Source of the DNA: an uncultured Myxococcales bacterium
GTDB taxonomy: Bacteria; Myxococcota; UBA4151
Direction: 5' to 3'
NCBI GenBank assembly: GCA_964013405.1
Contig: CAXGWI010000055.1
Span: 1 to 20,652, forward strand
DNA: 20,652 nucleotides
Made by a program: the position numbers and the translations under genes. The stretch's first letter is position 1. Every line of letters starts with the position of its first letter. Of the stretch, positions 1 to 8,451 are shown piece after piece. The notes under the pieces are model-generated. The model saw only the letters and a list, made by a program, of their open reading frames with translations. It was not told where the DNA came from and made no database searches.

Positions 1-41
1 AGGAGGAAGCCGATCCATCAGGGTCGGCTTTCTTCTTTTTT
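1..41 (+). terminator. Intrinsic terminator of an upstream gene
   Basis: Stem AAGCCGATCC (7-16), loop ATCA, GGGTCGGCTT (21-30), extendable with G-U pairs, followed by TCTTCTTTTTT. Confidence 0.85.
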
Positions 42-69
42 CGACCCTTGTTTGTTGGGCTCGCCCGAC

Positions 70-98
70 TTGCAGCGGCGGCCTAGCCCGCTTAGGCT
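70..98 (+). promoter_or_regulatory. Possible sigma70-type promoter for the Cys-rich repeat gene
   Basis: TTGCAG (70-75), 17-nt spacer, TAGGCT (93-98), lying after the terminator and before a GGAGG Shine-Dalgarno and ATG 119. Partial consensus match only. Confidence 0.3.
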
Positions 99-118
99 GG
101 GCCACCGGAGGCCTCCCC

Positions 119-2386
119 ATGACCCGTCAGTTGCTACCCGTCCTACTAATCATGCCCTTCCTCGGTGCCTCTTGCGGCGAGCAGGTCGTGGTCCGTGAAA
201 CACCAGCCTTGTGCGGTAATGGTGCGATTGAAGAGGGCGAAGCCTGCGACGATGGCAATGAGGAGAACAGCGACGAATGCACCAATGGCTGTGATCAAGC
301 CCGCTGTGGCGACGGGGTGAAGCGCAACGATCTCGACGTCACGGAGGCCGGTTATGAGGCCTGTGACGATGGCAACGACCTCGATGCCGATGGTTGCTTG
401 AACAACTGCACGGAGTCGTTTTGCGGTGATGGTGTGATCCGGGTGGACCTTCCGGAACAGGCCGACCGTTATGAAGCCTGCGACGACGGCAACGAGGTGG
501 ATGAGGACGCCTGTCTCGACTGTGTGGTGGCCCGTTGTGGCGACGGGACGGTGCGGCAGGACGTTGAAGCAGGCGCCTTCGGCTATGAAGCCTGCGATGA
601 TGGCAACGAAGACGACAGTGATACCTGCCTGAACAACTGCGAGGCGGCCCGCTGCGGCGATGGTATCATCGGGCCCGGTGAGGGCTGCGACGATGGCAAC
701 GACAACCCCACCGATGATTGCCATGATTGTCAGCCGTCTCGCTGTGGTGATGGCGTCTTACAGCCCGGTGAACGCTGCGATGATGGCAATGATGTGGAGA
801 CCGATGATTGCCTGCCCAACTGCGCCTTGGCCGTTTGTGGTGACAGCGTCGTCCGCGCCGGCTTGGAGCGCTGCGATGATGGTAATGGAAACCATCAAGA
901 TGGCTGCACCAATGATTGTCAGGAGGCCCGTTGTGGCGATGGCATTCTTCGTCGTGACTTAAACCCAGAGGATCCGGGCTTCGAGGCCTGCGATGATGGA
1001 AACAACGAGGTGGGTGACGGCTGCAACCCCAGCTGCCAGCGGGAACTCTGTGGCAATGGCCGAGTGGATCCCAACGAAGCCTGTGATGATGGTAACGAGG
1101 ATGACCGGGATGCCTGTCGCCGGCACTGTGCAGTGGCTGTTTGTGGTGATGGCACGCTCCGCTTGGACCGGCAGCCTGGTGAGGCCGGCTACGAGGCCTG
1201 TGACGACGGCAATGCCATCAACGAGGACAACTGCTTAAATGATTGCTCCGTGCCCACCTGTGGCGACGGTGTCGTGTGGGCTGGCCGAGAAGAGTGTGAT
1301 GACGGCAATGACGACCACCGCGATGGCTGCTCCAACGACTGTGAGGTGGCCGTCTGCGGTAATGGAGAGTTGGAAGCCGGTGAAGCCTGCGACGACGGTA
1401 ATGAGGTCGACACCGATCTGTGCCGAAACAACTGCCAGGTGGCCGTTTGTGGCGATGGCGTGGTCTTTGATGGCGTTGAACTCTGTGACGACGGCAACGA
1501 AGACCAAGAGGATGCCTGCTTAATCGGTTGCGTGCCGGCAGCCTGCGGGGACGGTTTTGTCCACGATGGGGTGGAGGCCTGCGATGATGGCAACCAAGAT
1601 CAAACCGATGCTTGCTTGATTGGCTGCATCGAAGCTCGCTGTGGCGATGGTGAACTTTGGGCCGGCGAGGAAGCCTGTGACGATGGCAACGCAGCCAATG
1701 ACGACGCCTGTCTGAGCAATTGTGAGGTCGCTGTCTGTGGTGATGGGCAAGTGTGGGCCGGCGAAGAGGATTGCGACGACGCTAACGGTGACGACGATGA
1801 CGACTGTCCCAATGATTGTCTACTGGGGCCGAGAGGGGCCGGGACTTACGATGATCCCTACACGGTGGCTGACTTGCCCAGCAATTGTCAGCGTTATCGG
1901 GATCACGGAGCCAACCAGGCAGCGTTCTACCGCATGAGCAATGGGGTGCGCTTTTGCGAACTCAACGTGCCGGAGTTGAACTGTATGAGCCAGACATGGG
2001 GCGAGGTCTGCGCGGTCCAGAGCGCTGGCTTGGGGAGTTGGTCGTTTGGTTGTCCTGCTTGGCATGGCTGTCCTGCTGGCAGCCATGTGGGGATGAACAT
2101 GGACTTTGCGCAGGGCAATTGTGCGAGTCATGGGAGCATGGGGTCGGGCTTGGGTGCTTATACCCACGATGTTTTCTACTACGATGAAAACTCGGGCAGG
2201 GCCTGTTCTTCGGGGCCGAACAACTGGGGCAATTGCAGTACCAATGGCTGCAATAGCAACAGTTATGGCGGTGTCGTTCAGCAGGGACGCTTCCGTGGAG
2301 GTGATCGACGTGGTGGTGTCCGCGACACAGGCCACTCAGGAAATGGAGGTTGCCATCGAGGTAACGTCTGCGTGAAGGACTGGTAG
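119..2386 (+). CDS. Exported, possibly lipidated protein with Myxococcus-type cysteine-rich repeats (DUF4215-like) and an unassigned Cys/Gly-rich C-terminal domain
   Basis: 755 aa. Hydrophobic N-terminus ending LGASC (Cys19, imperfect lipobox), 16 tandem CG[DN]G..E.CDDGN....D.C...C units, GGAGG upstream. Confidence 0.9.
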   Translation: MTRQLLPVLLIMPFLGASCGEQVVVRETPALCGNGAIEEGEACDDGNEENSDECTNGCDQARCGDGVKRNDLDVTEAGYEACDDGNDLDADGCLNNCTESFCGDGVIRVDLPEQADRYEACDDGNEVDEDACLDCVVARCGDGTVRQDVEAGAFGYEACDDGNEDDSDTCLNNCEAARCGDGIIGPGEGCDDGNDNPTDDCHDCQPSRCGDGVLQPGERCDDGNDVETDDCLPNCALAVCGDSVVRAGLERCDDGNGNHQDGCTNDCQEARCGDGILRRDLNPEDPGFEACDDGNNEVGDGCNPSCQRELCGNGRVDPNEACDDGNEDDRDACRRHCAVAVCGDGTLRLDRQPGEAGYEACDDGNAINEDNCLNDCSVPTCGDGVVWAGREECDDGNDDHRDGCSNDCEVAVCGNGELEAGEACDDGNEVDTDLCRNNCQVAVCGDGVVFDGVELCDDGNEDQEDACLIGCVPAACGDGFVHDGVEACDDGNQDQTDACLIGCIEARCGDGELWAGEEACDDGNAANDDACLSNCEVAVCGDGQVWAGEEDCDDANGDDDDDCPNDCLLGPRGAGTYDDPYTVADLPSNCQRYRDHGANQAAFYRMSNGVRFCELNVPELNCMSQTWGEVCAVQSAGLGSWSFGCPAWHGCPAGSHVGMNMDFAQGNCASHGSMGSGLGAYTHDVFYYDENSGRACSSGPNNWGNCSTNGCNSNSYGGVVQQGRFRGGDRRGGVRDTGHSGNGGCHRGNVCVKDW
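212..1819 (+). repeat. 16 tandem intragenic 4-Cys repeats (about 30-39 aa each)
   Basis: Counted in the translation. DNA copies are diverged, with recurring tgYgaYgaYggYaaY cores. Confidence 0.9.
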
Positions 2387-2411
2387 TCGCCAGGAGCCAC
2401 CGCAAATTCCG

Positions 2412-3515
2412 ATGCGATTCCTTTTTACCCTGCCTTATTACGAATGGACCGGTCCTGCGGAGCCGCTGGCTCAACTGAGTCAGGACCTTCAAGCTCGGGG
2501 GCACCAAGTCACGATCTGGGTCGAGGGAAAGCGGCCAGGCGATCTGTTGGCCCGGCTGAAGACCTTGGGGCTCCACGTTGAGACCCCCTTGGAGTTGAGT
2601 CGTAAGTCCACACCCATCGGTGTGATGCGGGACATTCGGGCGGCAGGCCAGGCCGTGAAGGGGCGATTCGACGTCGCCGTCGCCCATATGAGTGCCGACC
2701 AGTTGGTCCTCTGCCAGAGTCGCCGAGTCCATGGCGTGCCCGTGCTTCGCTACGCCCAAAACCAGACGAGCCTCAGTGCTTCATCGACCCGCGGTTGGCT
2801 GCTGCGACAGGCCGACGGGTTCTTCGTGCCGAGTCCAGCCCACCGGGACCAACTCTGCGATGGGTTTCGCGTCCTGCGTCACCGTTGCGAAGTGCTGAGC
2901 GGTGCGGTGGACCTAGAGGCTTTCCAACTGGGCAGCAGCCTGGAAACGCGTCACCGATGGGGCTGTCAGGAAGACGACCTCGTCGTTGTTTGCGTTTCTC
3001 GTATGAAGGAGGAGCGTCGCCACAGCCTGCTATTGCGGGCCCTGGCGAAGGCTGTGGAGACACGACCGGAACTAAGACTCATTCTCGTAGGCCGGGGCGA
3101 GTACCAAGACACCCTCAAAGAATTGGTCAACAGCCTAGGGCTTAATCATTGTGTTCATTTTCCGGGCTATGCCCGGGGCGAGGCGGTCTGCCAGGCTTTC
3201 CAGGCTGCAGACCTGTCGGTCTGGCTTGCGGAGGGCAATGATGGAACCTGTCGTGCCATCGGCCAGAGTTTCGCTTGCGGGAGACCCGTTCTGGGCAGCC
3301 GGATCGGTGCGATCGCTGCGGCGATCGACCCCTTGAGAACCGGCTGGTTGGTGGGGCCCGATGATGAGGCTGCCTTAGCGAAAACACTGGCCGGGCTCCC
3401 GGCTCGAGAGGATTTGCCCAAGGCGGCAGACCTAAGGCGTGAGGCCGAGCAGCGCTGGTCTCGGACCCACCGTTGCAGCCAGTTTCTAGCGGCTGTGGAG
3501 CGCTTGCTATCTTGA
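2412..3515 (+). CDS. Glycosyltransferase family 4 (GT-B fold)
   Basis: N-terminal GPAEPLAQLSQDLQARGHQV, VCVSRMKEERRH, LILVGRGEY, VHFPGY, ACGRPVLGSRIGAI and TGWLVGPDD are typical GT4/RfaB-like segments. Confidence 0.88.
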   Translation: MRFLFTLPYYEWTGPAEPLAQLSQDLQARGHQVTIWVEGKRPGDLLARLKTLGLHVETPLELSRKSTPIGVMRDIRAAGQAVKGRFDVAVAHMSADQLVLCQSRRVHGVPVLRYAQNQTSLSASSTRGWLLRQADGFFVPSPAHRDQLCDGFRVLRHRCEVLSGAVDLEAFQLGSSLETRHRWGCQEDDLVVVCVSRMKEERRHSLLLRALAKAVETRPELRLILVGRGEYQDTLKELVNSLGLNHCVHFPGYARGEAVCQAFQAADLSVWLAEGNDGTCRAIGQSFACGRPVLGSRIGAIAAAIDPLRTGWLVGPDDEAALAKTLAGLPAREDLPKAADLRREAEQRWSRTHRCSQFLAAVERLLS

Positions 3516-4597
3516 GATATTGGGCGCTTGTCTTGGTCCTGGTCACCGCCTGTCCCAATCGGGATCGGGGAGGGCTGTACCGCTTTGATGGGGATGGCCG
3601 GGTACTCGACGGACAGACCTTTGATCGCCTGTGGACCGATGCCGAATTGCCGGCCCACCAAATCCGGATTCTCCCCGCCTTGGTCGATGCCCTCGCCGCC
3701 CACGAGCGAATCCGTCGCCGGCGCAGCCCTGACGCACCGGGCCTGGCCCAAGTGATCAAACTCTTGGAGCCGTGGGCCCAAGCCGGTGGTATCCAGGCCC
3801 TGCCAGGGGGCTTGAAAGCCCAACGGCTGGCCGGTTTCGATCAGCGGGGCAACGTCCAATTCACCGGCTATTTTAGCCCGATCATTTTGGCTGCAAGACA
3901 GCAAAGTGATGCCTATCCTTACCCCCTCTACAAACACCCACCGGACTGGGCACCGAAGGGCAGTTATCTGACCCGGCGGCAGATCGATGGAGAAGGGGGC
4001 CTTCGGGGCAAAGGGCTGGAACTCGCCTGGACCGCGGACCGCCTGAGCAACTTCTTCCTCCATGTGCAAGGCAGTGGCTATGTCCAGTTTGAGGATGGAG
4101 AGCGGATGCTCCTCGCTTATGGGGGAAAGAACGGTCGAAACTATACCAGTATCGGGCGCTTACTGGTGGAGCGAGGTGCCATCCCGAAGTCGGAGATCTC
4201 CATGCAGGCCATCCAGGCCTGGGCGAAGGCCCACCCGGACCAGGTGGACGACCTACTCTATGAGTGTGAAAGCTATACCTTCTTTCGAACGGGTCCCCCC
4301 GGACCGGTGGGCGCCGGTGGGGAAGTGGTGATCCCTGGTCTTTCGGTCGCTGTGGATCCCAAAGTGATCCCGTTGGGGGCGGTGCTTCTGGCCCAGGTGC
4401 CCCGCTTGGATCCGGCCGGTCGGTTGCAGGGCCATGATTGGCGACTCTTGCTTGCCCAGGACACGGGCGCGGCCATTAAGGGGCCGGGCCACATCGACCT
4501 CTATGTCGGTGCTGGCGCTGAGGCCGGGGCAGAGGCGGGCCGATTGCATCACTATGGCTCCGTTTGGATGCTGCGTGGTCTCCTACCCAACGAGTAG
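3512..4597 (+). CDS. mltA: Membrane-bound lytic murein transglycosylase A (lipoprotein)
   Basis: FTGYFSP, FFLHVQGSG, YGGKNGRNYTSIG, SYTFF, SVAVDPKVIPLG and 3D-domain AQDTGAAIKGPGHIDLY. Start moved to TTG 3512, which overlaps the GT stop (TTGA), has GGAG upstream and gives signal MRYWALVLVLVTAC with a lipobox. Confidence 0.92.
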   Translation: MRYWALVLVLVTACPNRDRGGLYRFDGDGRVLDGQTFDRLWTDAELPAHQIRILPALVDALAAHERIRRRRSPDAPGLAQVIKLLEPWAQAGGIQALPGGLKAQRLAGFDQRGNVQFTGYFSPIILAARQQSDAYPYPLYKHPPDWAPKGSYLTRRQIDGEGGLRGKGLELAWTADRLSNFFLHVQGSGYVQFEDGERMLLAYGGKNGRNYTSIGRLLVERGAIPKSEISMQAIQAWAKAHPDQVDDLLYECESYTFFRTGPPGPVGAGGEVVIPGLSVAVDPKVIPLGAVLLAQVPRLDPAGRLQGHDWRLLLAQDTGAAIKGPGHIDLYVGAGAEAGAEAGRLHHYGSVWMLRGLLPNE

Positions 4598-4673
4598 CTG
4601 AAGCTGCGAAAAATCAGTGACATTGCAGGGAGTCGCCCAGGGGTGGCAAGAATGGGCAGGACGGGAGTGTGCT

Positions 4674-4865
4674 GTGGCCACAGGCGTAGCAAGACTGATG
4701 GAAGCTCCGGCGGGAAAGGCCCATGAAATTTTGGCCAAGAGTCTCTACCGGGAACTGCGGGACAACGGCTACACCCCAGCGCAGATCCTCGCGATCAGTG
4801 CCGAGTTGATCGCCGAGGTGACTGAAGACTACGGCCCGGTTGACCCGCCCGAGGGCAAGTCCTAA
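4674..4865 (+). CDS. Small hypothetical helical protein (about 63 aa)
   Basis: GGGAG then GTG 4674, in frame with ORF 4617. Core ILAKSLYRELRDNGYTPAQILAISAELIAEVT is amphipathic and, from memory (not searched), resembles small myxobacterial hypotheticals. Fills the mltA-gap gap. Start uncertain (4617, 4674 or 4698). Confidence 0.7.
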   Translation: MATGVARLMEAPAGKAHEILAKSLYRELRDNGYTPAQILAISAELIAEVTEDYGPVDPPEGKS

Positions 4866-4887
4866 GACCCCGCTCCAGGGGGACGCC

Positions 4888-5883
4888 ATGCGCATCGCGA
4901 TGAACGGATTCGGGCGGATTGGGCGCTGTATCGCTCGTCTGCTTGCCGACGAACCTAATCTGGATCTGATCGCCGTCAACGATCCCGGTGATCATGACCA
5001 ATTGGTCCACTTGCTCCGTTATGACTCGGCCCATGGGCGCTGCGACGCGGCCCAGCGCACGGCCGATGGTTTCGAGCTTGGTCGGCAGTCACCCCGATTG
5101 CTTTCTGAGTTCGAGCCGGAAAAGTTGCCCTGGAAGGATTTGGGCATCGACCTTGTCTTGGAGTGTTCTGGTCGCTTCACAGCCCGGGACCTCGCAGCGA
5201 AACACCTAGAGGCCGGGGCCGGAAGGGTGATCATCAGTGCCCCGGGCAAAGATGCCGATGCGACGATTGTCTTCGGAATTAACCAGCACCTGATCCAAGA
5301 AGAGACCCTTGTTCTCTCCAACGCGAGTTGCACCACCAACTGCTTGGCGCCGGTCGTCAGCGTTCTCGATGCGGCTTTTGGTATCGCGGGGGGTACGCTC
5401 ACAACCGTGCACGCGGTCACGAACGATCAGCGATTGCTCGACCTGCCCCATCCAAAAGACTACCGCCGGGCCCGGGCTGCGATCGCGAATATTGTCCCCA
5501 CCAGTACGGGGGCGGCAAAGGCCCTGAAACTGGTCTTCCCAGACGCTCCCTGGTCGATCCATGGCATGGCTGTACGAGTGCCGGTCATCGATGTGAGTAT
5601 GATCGACCTCGTGATCACCACGCGACATCCTGTCACGGTTGAAGCGGCCAATCAGGCCTTCCGGGAAGCCGCGAGTGGATCTCTTAGCGGCGTGCTCGCG
5701 GTTGAAGAGGACCCGGTGGTGAGCAGTGACCTTCTCGGCACGACCCCGTCTTCGATCGTTGACTTGGGCTTGACCGCAACCAACGGCGACCACCTGCTGC
5801 GGGTGGTGAGCTGGTACGACAATGAGTGGGGCTTCTCGGCCCGCATGGTCGACCTCGCTCGTTACCTGCACGACAAGGCTTGA
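4888..5883 (+). CDS. gap: Type I glyceraldehyde-3-phosphate dehydrogenase
   Basis: NGFGRIGR, catalytic [31 protein letters not shown] 4888 follows a GGGGGA SD. Confidence 0.97.
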   Translation: MRIAMNGFGRIGRCIARLLADEPNLDLIAVNDPGDHDQLVHLLRYDSAHGRCDAAQRTADGFELGRQSPRLLSEFEPEKLPWKDLGIDLVLECSGRFTARDLAAKHLEAGAGRVIISAPGKDADATIVFGINQHLIQEETLVLSNASCTTNCLAPVVSVLDAAFGIAGGTLTTVHAVTNDQRLLDLPHPKDYRRARAAIANIVPTSTGAAKALKLVFPDAPWSIHGMAVRVPVIDVSMIDLVITTRHPVTVEAANQAFREAASGSLSGVLAVEEDPVVSSDLLGTTPSSIVDLGLTATNGDHLLRVVSWYDNEWGFSARMVDLARYLHDKA

Positions 5884-5887
5884 GGCA

Positions 5888-7069
5888 GTGAGCCGGTTCG
5901 AACGACTAAATTGCGAGGGCCGGAGGGTCTTTCTTCGGGTCGACTTCAATGTGCCACTGCGAGATGGGCAGATCACCGATGACGCCCGGATTCGGGCGAC
6001 CATCCCGACCATCGAAAGTTTGCTCGACCGGGGCGCTAAGCTGGTCCTTGGCTCCCATCTTGGTCGGCCCAAGGGCGAGGTGGTGGAGGCGCTGAGTCTA
6101 GAACCCGTGGCTGCCCGCCTCGCAGAACTGTTGGACCGGGAGGTGACCATGACCCCGGACTCCATCGGCGAGGATGTGCAAGCGGTCCTCGGTTTACAGC
6201 AGCCCGGGGAGGTCGTGCTGCTGGAAAACCTCCGGTTCCGTCCCGGAGAGAAGGCGAATGACTCTGACTTCGCGGAGCAGCTCGTCGACGGTATGGATCT
6301 CTATGTGAATGATGCCTTTGGGGTCTGTCACCGGCAGGCGGCCAGTGTCGTTGCCGCAGTGAATGAGTTTGACCGGGAGGATCGGGCGCCCGGCTTACTC
6401 CTTGAGCGTGAGGTCGCCCAACTGCGCCGATTGCTCAGTCGTCCGGAGCGCCCCTTCGTTGCCGTGCTCGGCGGCGCCAAAGTCAGCGACAAGTTGGGGG
6501 TGCTCGATCAGCTCATCCAGTTGGTGGACGAGGTTTGTATCGGGGGGGCCATGGCCTACACATTTCTGGCGGCCCAAGGTGGCTCTGTTGGGGCCAGCCG
6601 GACCGAAAACGAGCGGCTCGATTGGGCCCGGCAACTGCTCGCTAGAGCCGACAAGGCCGGCGTGCGGATCTACCTGCCGATCGACCATTTAGCCGCCGAG
6701 GCCTTCGATCCGGATGATCCCGTCGTTCCCGTCCTTGGCCAAGAGATCCCCGGCCACCTGATGGGCTTGGATATCGGACCGAAGACGGCTGCGCTTTTTG
6801 CTGAGCGTATCGCCCAGAGTCAGACCTTGTTCTGGAATGGCCCCATGGGGGTGTTTGAGTGGCCCGCTTACGCCGATGGAACCCTCGCTGTGGCCCGGGC
6901 CGTGGCCGATTGCGATGGCCACACTGTGGTCGGCGGCGGGGATTCGGTCGCGGCCCTCAACCAGAGTGGCCTGGCAGCCGCTATCGATCATGTCTCCACC
7001 GGCGGCGGCGCAAGCCTCGAGTTGTTGGAGGGTAAGCAACTGCCCGGTCTGCGGGCATTGGAGCTATAA
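5888..7069 (+). CDS. pgk: Phosphoglycerate kinase
   Basis: [56 protein letters not shown] 5888 is just after the gap stop. Confidence 0.97.
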   Translation: MSRFERLNCEGRRVFLRVDFNVPLRDGQITDDARIRATIPTIESLLDRGAKLVLGSHLGRPKGEVVEALSLEPVAARLAELLDREVTMTPDSIGEDVQAVLGLQQPGEVVLLENLRFRPGEKANDSDFAEQLVDGMDLYVNDAFGVCHRQAASVVAAVNEFDREDRAPGLLLEREVAQLRRLLSRPERPFVAVLGGAKVSDKLGVLDQLIQLVDEVCIGGAMAYTFLAAQGGSVGASRTENERLDWARQLLARADKAGVRIYLPIDHLAAEAFDPDDPVVPVLGQEIPGHLMGLDIGPKTAALFAERIAQSQTLFWNGPMGVFEWPAYADGTLAVARAVADCDGHTVVGGGDSVAALNQSGLAAAIDHVSTGGGASLELLEGKQLPGLRALEL

Positions 7070-7070
7070 G

Positions 7071-7841
7071 ATGAGTCGTCGGCCGTTTGTTGCGGGCAAT
7101 TGGAAGATGAATTTGGAGGCGGCCTCCGCGCTGCACCTGGCCCAGGAGGTTGTCCGTATGACCTCGCGCCATCGGGCAGTCGATGTGGGGATCATTCCCA
7201 GTCACCCCTTTTTAGCCGCGGCTGCCCAGAAGTTGGAAGGTACGCGGATGCACTTGGGTGCGCAGGATCTTCACAGTGAAGATGGCGGGGCCTTCACGGG
7301 GGCCGTGAGTGGGCCCCAATTGAGATCCTGTGGCGTCGCCTTCGTATTGGTGGGGCACAGCGAACGTCGTCATGTCTTCGGCGATGATGAGAGCCAAGTG
7401 GCAGCGAAGTTGGAGGCTGGCCTGCGGGCGGGGCTCGATGTCATGCTGTGCATCGGCGAGACCGAAGGCCAAAGGGACGCTGGAGAGACACAGGCCGTCT
7501 TGGAGCAACAGTTGTCTAGCGCGACCTGGAAGCTTCAAGGCGAGGACTGGTCCCGTCTGAGCGTGGCCTACGAACCCGTCTGGGCTATCGGTACAGGCCG
7601 TACGGCGAGTCCTGAACAGGCGGAGCAAGCCCATGCTTGGGCGAGGAAATGGGTCCAAAATCACGTCTCGGAAACGGTTGCGGGTGCCCTTCGGATCCTA
7701 TACGGGGGCTCGGTCAAACCGGCCAATGCGGCGGAATTGATGGCCCGAGAAGGTGTCGATGGCGCCTTGGTCGGGGGGGCGAGCCTTACGGCAGACTCCT
7801 TTGCGGCGATCGTTTCAGCAGCGGCCGGTGAGCGGAGCTAG
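7071..7841 (+). CDS. tpiA: Triosephosphate isomerase
   Basis: AGNWKMN, GHSERR, AYEPVWAIGTG, LYGGSVKP, GALVGGASL. ATG 7071. Confidence 0.97.
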   Translation: MSRRPFVAGNWKMNLEAASALHLAQEVVRMTSRHRAVDVGIIPSHPFLAAAAQKLEGTRMHLGAQDLHSEDGGAFTGAVSGPQLRSCGVAFVLVGHSERRHVFGDDESQVAAKLEAGLRAGLDVMLCIGETEGQRDAGETQAVLEQQLSSATWKLQGEDWSRLSVAYEPVWAIGTGRTASPEQAEQAHAWARKWVQNHVSETVAGALRILYGGSVKPANAAELMAREGVDGALVGGASLTADSFAAIVSAAAGERS

Positions 7842-7851
7842 GAGCCTTCCA

Positions 7852-8271
7852 GTGGATACATTTCTTACCATCGTCCACGTGACAGTGTGTCTGATTCTCA
7901 TCGGCGTCGTGCTGCTTCAAAGTGGCCGTGAAGGCGGCGGCGAGATCGGTGGTGGATCGTCGGTGCGACAAACGGGTCAGAGTGCCAATGTCTTCATGGA
8001 GCGGCTCACGGCGATTATCGCCGTCTTCTTCATGGTGACCTCGGTCCTCCTCGCGGCGAAGAGCGGTGGGAGTTCGGTGATGGCCGGAGAGACCCAACCC
8101 AAGACGGAGCAGACAGCGCCGGCCGAGGGAAGCAAGGAAGCGGATGATGCAGCAGGGGGTGAGGTGCAGGTGAAGGTGGACGACACGAAAGCGCCGGCAC
8201 CAGCGGATAGCAAGGCGCCTGCGGCAAAGGGTGACTCGCCAACTGGCAGCGAGGGCACGGAGAATCCTTGA
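7852..8271 (+). CDS. secG: Preprotein translocase subunit SecG with a long charged C-terminal tail
   Basis: Two TM segments (HVTVCLILIGVVLLQSG; ERLTAIIAVFFMVTSVLLA) with a Gly-rich loop, conserved tpiA-secG-tRNA-Leu order, GGAG then GTG 7852. Confidence 0.92.
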   Translation: MDTFLTIVHVTVCLILIGVVLLQSGREGGGEIGGGSSVRQTGQSANVFMERLTAIIAVFFMVTSVLLAAKSGGSSVMAGETQPKTEQTAPAEGSKEADDAAGGEVQVKVDDTKAPAPADSKAPAAKGDSPTGSEGTENP

Positions 8272-8305
8272 CGGCTCCAGAGGGCGCCCGTAGAGGCGCT
8301 GCGAT

Positions 8306-8392
8306 ACCGAGGTGGCGGAATTGGTAGACGCGCTACCTTGAGGTGGTAGTAGGTTATTTCCTGTGGGGGTTCGAGTCCCCCCCTCGGTACCA
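8306..8392 (+). tRNA. tRNA-Leu(GAG)
   Basis: Acceptor ACCGAGG/CCTCGGT plus ACCA, D arm GGCGGAATTGGTAGACGCG, anticodon arm CTACC-TTGAGGT-GGTAG, long variable arm, T arm GGGGG-TTCGAGT-CCCCC. Confidence 0.97.
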
Positions 8393-8426
8393 AGGGAGCG
8401 GCAACCGCCGCTCCTTTTGGCTTTTT
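8392..8426 (+). terminator. Intrinsic terminator after tRNA-Leu
   Basis: AAGGGAGCGGC-AACC-GCCGCTCCTTT hairpin followed by TGGCTTTTT. Confidence 0.8.
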
Positions 8427-8451
8427 GGAGGGTTTCCACTATCCCACGCCC

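Noticed and set aside
212..1819. Periodic DNA repeats as a CRISPR array or mobile repeat
   Set aside because: Degenerate at third codon positions and in frame within one ORF, so they are protein repeats.
4612..4658. Possible third sigma54 promoter (TGGCAAGAATGGGCA) with AATCAGTG 33 nt upstream of the GG, similar to the 32-nt spacing at lpxC
   Set aside because: Spacing is GG-N9-GC and there is no TT before GC; sigma54 spacing is strict. Worth revisiting only if reads show a missing base.
4888..5883. gap as erythrose-4-phosphate dehydrogenase (epd)
   Set aside because: Retains HAVTNDQ, TGAAKA and RVP substrate-site residues of ordinary GAPDH and sits in gap-pgk-tpiA.
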